Source of the DNA: a virus
Taxonomy: Duplodnaviria > Caudoviricetes
Reading direction: 5' to 3' (one strand)
DNA length: 30,645 nucleotides
Virus record (IMG/VR): IMGVR_UViG_3300033487_000032
Coordinates: 1 to 30,645 of that record
The stretch's first letter is position 1. Each line of letters begins with the position of its first letter. Below, one piece after another: positions 25,879-30,645 of the stretch. The notes under the pieces were generated by a model. It did not search any database. It worked only from the letters and a program-made list of their open reading frames with translations, and had not been told where the DNA came from. The translations under genes were made by a program, and so were the position numbers.

Positions 25879-26832
25879 TTACGGCACAACGTTGTACATG
25901 TAATAGCCAAGGTCCGTACCAACGGCCTTGTGATCGAAGTAGGTGTGCGCTTCGATCCGGTCCACCTGGGTGAAATCGTTTCGCAGCCGTCGGATGAAAG
26001 ACAGCGCGCCGAAATTCGACCAGTGGAAGGTGTAACCTGCGGACGGGGTCAGCAGTGCGGGGCGGGCGGCCACATGCATGAGCAGCGCCACCTTGCCCAT
26101 CACATACGAGTAAGCGGCCGCTGCATCCGTCTGGCCCTCATCGTATGTGTGCTTGATCGCCTTACCGATCATGAGCCGAGGCACTTCGAGGATCGACGCG
26201 ACGATCTCAGTGGTCAGAACGCCCCGTTGAGTGTACTTGATCCTCTCAATGAAATCGGGGTGATGCTTCAGCTTGGTCCAGACCTGGCGGCCGATCACGA
26301 GGGTGTTAGCCTCACGAGCGGTGTAGCCATGAATGGCATCCTTGCCGGTTTCCACATCACCGATCGGATCAGACAGACCATAATCTGACCACGGTGCGGC
26401 CACGAGATCCTTGTCCGTCCCCCACAGTGTAGTCTTGAGGAAATCGGTCGCCCATGCGATCTCTCGACGAAGCATCAGCCGGTCGGTGACCAGCATGGTA
26501 GCTTCCAGATCTGGATCGAACGGGTTGTCGGTGTTTTCCCGAACCTCATCTGGGACATCCTTGTGAACTGCGAAGTTGTCACAGAAATAGGTGTCGGTGG
26601 TGTTCACCGTGTAACCCGTGCCGGCGGTTTCAGTTCCAGGGGCGCGAAGCTGAGCTTCGTCCCTGAACCAGTCCGCCTTCGTGTACTTCGCGATGCGCGC
26701 CGACTGTTTCCGAACGGGCACGATCGGGAAGATTTTGTCCGAAATGTAGCTCTCCGCCTCATTCATGTAAGCGGAGGAGAGGATGGTCATGAGTTGATCA
26801 ACATGAGCATCCCTTATATCAGGTTGCGGCAT
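25879..26832 (-). CDS. Major capsid protein (HK97 fold, lambda gpE-like family)
   Basis: 317 aa after the cement genes, with AYMN..YISDKIFPIVPV, RAPGTE, WSDY..SDPI.D and LKHHP motifs and a GGAGG RBS. Confidence 0.9.
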   Translation of the reverse strand: MPQPDIRDAHVDQLMTILSSAYMNEAESYISDKIFPIVPVRKQSARIAKYTKADWFRDEAQLRAPGTETAGTGYTVNTTDTYFCDNFAVHKDVPDEVRENTDNPFDPDLEATMLVTDRLMLRREIAWATDFLKTTLWGTDKDLVAAPWSDYGLSDPIGDVETGKDAIHGYTAREANTLVIGRQVWTKLKHHPDFIERIKYTQRGVLTTEIVASILEVPRLMIGKAIKHTYDEGQTDAAAAYSYVMGKVALLMHVAARPALLTPSAGYTFHWSNFGALSFIRRLRNDFTQVDRIEAHTYFDHKAVGTDLGYYMYNVVP

Positions 26833-26875
26833 TTGTTAATCCTCCAATAGATTGAAGAGCGCCGTGCTCGTTCAG

Positions 26876-27280
26876 TTAAGCTGTTACTTGAACGAAGCAT
26901 GGGAAGATGTAGGCGCGAAAAACATCATTCTCGTCTGCGGCTTCCAATGCTCGTCCGACTGCGACGTTTGTCGTGTCTCCAGGCGCGCCGAGTGTGATAC
27001 CGACGGCATGACCGCTTGCGTCAGCAACAATATACTGACCAGCAGCAATGCCACCAGCACCTGCCACCAACTTCGACTCGCCTAGCACCACAACTTCTGC
27101 GGGCCATCCCTCTGCTTCAGGCTTGTTTTGCAGCGCACCAATGACCAGATCAGTAGCGGCGGATGCAAGAGCGACCGTGCCGGTTGCACTCAGTAGCACA
27201 ATGTGATACTGATTCAGATGCAAATCGGCCGCGGCCTTAAACGAGCCTTTGAAGAATGGGATTCCATACCCCTTACCCAT
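26876..27280 (-). CDS. Capsid cement/decoration protein, paralog B (DUF2190-like)
   Basis: 134 aa, Ala/Gly-rich, with IGALQNKP...AGAGGIAAGQYIVADASGHAV...VGRALEAA. Confidence 0.82.
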   Translation of the reverse strand: MGKGYGIPFFKGSFKAAADLHLNQYHIVLLSATGTVALASAATDLVIGALQNKPEAEGWPAEVVVLGESKLVAGAGGIAAGQYIVADASGHAVGITLGAPGDTTNVAVGRALEAADENDVFRAYIFPCFVQVTA

Positions 27281-27326
27281 GACGTATCCCCTTTCTTTTC
27301 GAGCGGTTTACAGTGCCCGAACGAGT

Positions 27327-27719
27327 TTACACCTGAACGAACTGCGGAAGAACGTACGCACGGAAGATGTCATGATCATCGGCATCCTCCAGCGCACGAG
27401 CAACCGCAACTCTGGTGTTGGTTACGCCAAGGGTAACTGCGACAGCTTCCCCATCACTGTTCGGGACGAGGAACTGTCCTGCAGTAATGCTGCCCCCAGC
27501 TTTAAGCTTCGTTTCGCCGGCAACGACGACCTCTACAGGCCAACCCGCTGCTTCCGGCTTATTCTGCTGAACGCCGATCGAGAGATCAGTCGCCGCAGTC
27601 GCAAAGTCCACGATGCCCGTAGACGTAATCTTGACGATGTGAAACTGCTTCGTGGCAAGATCGGCATCAATGGCTTTGAACGTGCCCTTAAAAGTGGGAA
27701 TGCCATACCCCTTACCCAT
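27327..27719 (-). CDS. Capsid cement/decoration protein, paralog A (DUF2190-like)
   Basis: 130 aa; shares MGKGYGIP.FKG.FKA, AATDL.IG..QNKPEA.GWP.EVVV and RALE.AD..D.FRAY with paralog B. Confidence 0.82.
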   Translation of the reverse strand: MGKGYGIPTFKGTFKAIDADLATKQFHIVKITSTGIVDFATAATDLSIGVQQNKPEAAGWPVEVVVAGETKLKAGGSITAGQFLVPNSDGEAVAVTLGVTNTRVAVARALEDADDHDIFRAYVLPQFVQV

Positions 27720-27767
27720 GATACATTCTCCTACTCAAAACACAAATGGTTGAGGTGAAGTAAAAAA

Positions 27768-28547
27768 CTAGGCGGTCTTGGCCCGGTGGTTGAATTCCTT
27801 GCGATACTGCTCGTACCGATGCGCACCGACCGACTTGATGGCGTCGACGATGATCTCAGACTGCTTCTGACCACTCGCTGACTTCCGGATGTCTCCGGCC
27901 GCCTTTGTGACCTCGGCCACGAGGTTGTTGCACAAAGGGTCCATCGCCTCCCCATCTCTCCCAACTTCCCGGAGAATGACAGAGGACTTGAGTGCGTCGG
28001 AGGTGGACTTGAAAGACTTCCGCAGGGTTTCTGCGGTATCCTTGTCGACCTTCTCCGCCTTGAGGATCTGATTGACAGCCTCGTCCACGTTCATGTTGAG
28101 GTGAGCGCACTCATCGTCCACCCACCGCTTGATCTCCGCCCGATGCTGGTCCTCTTCGATCTTGTTGAGCCGGGTTTCCAGCTTCTGCTTCTCTTCCTCA
28201 GCCTTCTTCGCTTCGGCCTGGGCCTTTTCGAGGGCAGAGGTATCGGGGGCGGGCATCATCGCGAGAAAGTCACGAACTTCGGTGACTTCTGCGTCTGTCG
28301 CCTTCAACGTGGCATCTTCCTTCAGGAGAGCAACAACTTTTTCAATGTTGCGCTCAGCCTTCAGGATTTCAGCCACCTTCGATTTGATTTCTGGTCGCAC
28401 GGTAGTTGTGCCTCCTGAATTGATGTTATTGTTTACAGAGGTGTCAAAATCAGCACTCTTCGCGAGGAAGAATTGCTTTCTGTTCGCGCCTCTGGACACG
28501 AACGAAACTTTTTTGACCTTCAAATCCCTAAGATAGCAAGTAGCCAT
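27768..28547 (-). CDS. Capsid scaffolding protein
   Basis: 259 aa of charged coiled coil between the protease and the cement/capsid genes; N-terminus LRDLKVKKVSFVSRGAN. Confidence 0.7.
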   Translation of the reverse strand: MATCYLRDLKVKKVSFVSRGANRKQFFLAKSADFDTSVNNNINSGGTTTVRPEIKSKVAEILKAERNIEKVVALLKEDATLKATDAEVTEVRDFLAMMPAPDTSALEKAQAEAKKAEEEKQKLETRLNKIEEDQHRAEIKRWVDDECAHLNMNVDEAVNQILKAEKVDKDTAETLRKSFKSTSDALKSSVILREVGRDGEAMDPLCNNLVAEVTKAAGDIRKSASGQKQSEIIVDAIKSVGAHRYEQYRKEFNHRAKTA

Positions 28548-28557
28548 GCTTCAGCTC

Positions 28558-29493
28558 CTATATGATCTCTTCCATCCTCACGGCAGATCCTTCAAGTGAG
28601 TATCCCGTAATTTCGCCTTTGAGGATCGCGTCTTTGAGCTCTTGGTTGAGAACTTTCGTAACAAGGACCCAACTCCCCTTACGAACGAGCTGGCCTTCGA
28701 TAGAAAAGTCGCAAGGCGCGATGTATGACTCAACAACTTGGACATCTTCAAGGTCTTGTGAGTGGTGGAGGTTGAGGACGGCTTCTGGAAGGAAGGCATG
28801 GGCAGCCTTTTCGATTTCTTCGGAGCTTGTGAAGTCGCCATGAGAGTCCACCACATCCGGCTCATACACGATGCCGTAAAAAAGGCCCTGAGGAGCGTTT
28901 GTGGGCAGGATCTTTACGATATTGTCGAGTTTTCCGTCGCTCTTCTTATACTTTTCAGGGTCCAATTTAATCCCCAGTCGATACGCCGCAGTTAGCACCT
29001 TAACCTTCGCCTTTTCACCAAATTCTGACTGACTCAGCCGCGTGAGGTTGTTACGAACATGCGCTTCATCGTGCATGGGGAAATGCCGGAGAGAGCGGGG
29101 CACTGTCTTACCGGATTCATCCTTTTCTCCGCCTGGCTCTATGTATGCGAAAATAGAATCGGGTAGATCGTTGAGAGCTGCGTCCGCTTTCTCCAGCTTT
29201 TCAATAAATTCGTCCCCATTCACATAACCTGTGGCGAAAATGAGTCCATCTTCAGCCTCAAGACTCTTGTGAACAACGCCCCATGCTTGTGCGAAAGCAC
29301 TTGCTTCACAATCCGCGCCGCCCTTTTCCAGACAGGATTGATACGCACTGTTCCAAACGGCCATCCACTGCCGCTGACGTTTTTCCGGCAATTTCTTGAC
29401 TGCCGGCGGCAAATCCCCTACTGTTGAGTATGGCATCTTTTTGTCTCCCAGAAGCCCATCAACGTGTGCGTCACCTATATCTGGCTGCGGCAT
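28558..29493 (-). CDS. Multidomain prohead protease: capsid-like N-peptide + ChaB-like + DUF6582-like + XkdF-like serine protease domain
   Basis: Start placed at ATG 29493, 1 nt after the upstream stop. An alternative ATG at 29436 has a GGGAG SD. Motifs are MPYSTVGDLP..V..LP...QRQWMAVWNSAY, LPDSIFAY...RHFPMHDEAHVRN, and YEPDVVDSHGD...EIEKAAHAF...VESYIAP...KGSWV...GEITGYSLEG. Confidence 0.8.
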   Translation of the reverse strand: MPQPDIGDAHVDGLLGDKKMPYSTVGDLPPAVKKLPEKRQRQWMAVWNSAYQSCLEKGGADCEASAFAQAWGVVHKSLEAEDGLIFATGYVNGDEFIEKLEKADAALNDLPDSIFAYIEPGGEKDESGKTVPRSLRHFPMHDEAHVRNNLTRLSQSEFGEKAKVKVLTAAYRLGIKLDPEKYKKSDGKLDNIVKILPTNAPQGLFYGIVYEPDVVDSHGDFTSSEEIEKAAHAFLPEAVLNLHHSQDLEDVQVVESYIAPCDFSIEGQLVRKGSWVLVTKVLNQELKDAILKGEITGYSLEGSAVRMEEII

Positions 29494-29494
29494 C

Positions 29495-29842
29495 TTATAC
29501 CCATGTGCCGAAGTATTTGGTGGCGAGTGTGCCCTGACTGCCACCAACGGCCGCTTTCACCTGCACCTTTAGGTGCGTGTACATATCTGTGTAGACTTTT
29601 TCGACCGCCGCACCTGTAGTAACACTGATCGCGGACTCGACGGCTGCAAATGTTGTCCCACCATCCTTCGATCCCAGCACATTTACTAAAAGGTTGTTGG
29701 TGGTAGCGGAGAAGGTGAAGGTTTTGGTCTTGTAATAGGCAACAGACCAGACTCCCACGTCCACATAAACGTCTGTGGAGAGCTTATTTGCAAAAGCATC
29801 CCATTCACACACCGCACCGCTGGACCTAAATCTCATTGGCAT
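29495..29842 (-). CDS. Small beta-sandwich protein, probably virion-associated
   Basis: 115 aa, Thr/Val-rich, with VLGSKDGGTTF and YTHLKVQV; GAGGAG RBS at the end of the portal gene. Confidence 0.6.
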   Translation of the reverse strand: MPMRFRSSGAVCEWDAFANKLSTDVYVDVGVWSVAYYKTKTFTFSATTNNLLVNVLGSKDGGTTFAAVESAISVTTGAAVEKVYTDMYTHLKVQVKAAVGGSQGTLATKYFGTWV

Positions 29843-29844
29843 GG

Positions 29845-30645
29845 CTACTCCTCATCACTTTCGGTAGCTGCGGGCTTTTTAGGGGCTGGTTTTGCAGGTT
29901 TTGGAGTGTTTTTCTGGCCCTGCGGCCCCGCACCACCACCAAAAGCCGTCGCAGATCCCGGCAAAGGTGGCGCCTGAACCAACTTTTCGCCCTTCTCATC
30001 TTCGTCAATCTCGCCAATTCTTTCTGCATCTAGACCAGAAAGGCCCGCAACAGTCTCCAACTCCTCAAGTATGTGCTCTTTGGGCAGCATAAAGCCCTTT
30101 CCAGCCAACCTCATGACGTAATTGCTGAGTTCGTCGAGGTTTGGATCGGTTACTTTGCCTGGAATGAGCTGAGGAAGGCCACTTCCGAGTGATGCAAACT
30201 TCGGATTCAGCGCGAAAAGGCGCGGAATTGCTACTCTGTTGATGTGAGCAGCGATTTTTGACAAGAGAGATTGAACGGCGACAAGGAAAATATCGTTTTG
30301 ATTGCGGCTTAAAGCAAAAGATCCTACCCTATCCATCCCTAAAAGTATGAATTGTGCTAGTGCCGTAGCTGCAATTCTCTTGTCATATCTGTTAATAATG
30401 CGGTCAGAATCGAACTGACGCCTCGAAACACCCATGGAAAGGAGCGAAAGTGTCCATCCAGAAGGCAAACAGATGCCTTCCTGCTCATCTCTCCTCAAAT
30501 TGGAGATGATTTTGGTGACTTGATCGCGCACGGGCTTGTTTTCGGTGGCGTCTATATCGTAATTCTCGGGCGGGGTGAAAACAGGAAGCCCCACGAGGTC
30601 TCTTTCCATCCCGATCGCTTCAATTTCCTCGATATTCTTCTGAAA
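29845..30645 (-). CDS. Portal protein, C-terminal part (DUF935/Mu gp29-like); 5' end outside window
   Basis: The frame is open to the window edge (FQKNIEEIEAIGMERDLVGLPV), with IINRYDKRIA...LAQFILLG...GSFALS and IPRLFALN motifs. Confidence 0.88.
   Translation of the reverse strand, partial: FQKNIEEIEAIGMERDLVGLPVFTPPENYDIDATENKPVRDQVTKIISNLRRDEQEGICLPSGWTLSLLSMGVSRRQFDSDRIINRYDKRIAATALAQFILLGMDRVGSFALSRNQNDIFLVAVQSLLSKIAAHINRVAIPRLFALNPKFASLGSGLPQLIPGKVTDPNLDELSNYVMRLAGKGFMLPKEHILEELETVAGLSGLDAERIGEIDEDEKGEKLVQAPPLPGSATAFGGGAGPQGQKNTPKPAKPAPKKPAATESDEE

Noticed and set aside
25666-26388. 240-aa plus-strand ORF and other long antisense ORFs across the operon
   Set aside because: They lie entirely opposite well-supported structural genes and have no recognisable motifs; codon bias on the coding strand explains them.
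29494-29547. Track start of the protease ORF at 29547
   Set aside because: It overlaps the upstream gene by 53 nt. ATG 29493 (coupled to the upstream stop) or ATG 29436 (with SD) is more plausible.
1-30645. Stop-codon reassignment
   Set aside because: Genes tile the strand under the standard code, and TAA, TAG and TGA all end genes at coupled junctions.

Overview
The window is one minus-strand, tightly coupled virion-morphogenesis operon of a tailed phage or prophage, most likely siphovirus-like (long tape measure, no sheath). Reading from the right end, the order is: portal (truncated), a small beta-rich virion protein, a ChaB/XkdF-like prohead protease, scaffold, two capsid cement paralogs, major capsid, head-tail genes, two major tail paralogs, a frameshifted tail chaperone pair, a 2001-aa tape measure, a gpM-like distal tail protein and a fused gpL/gpJ-like tip protein. 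Seven tandem paralogous lectin-like proteins follow. The window ends in an ORF missing from the supplied track (1410..<1) that carries at least 15 short beta-strand repeats in sequence-distinct blocks. The best candidate for a new system is this last module: a repeat 'scaffoldin' that may dock several different receptor-binding paralogs by strand complementation (inference). Other notable items are a copy of the capsid N-terminus on the protease gene, an exact 25-bp intergenic repeat and 130-aa MxxH repeats in the tape measure. All family calls come from motif recognition by eye. No searches were run and the host is unknown.
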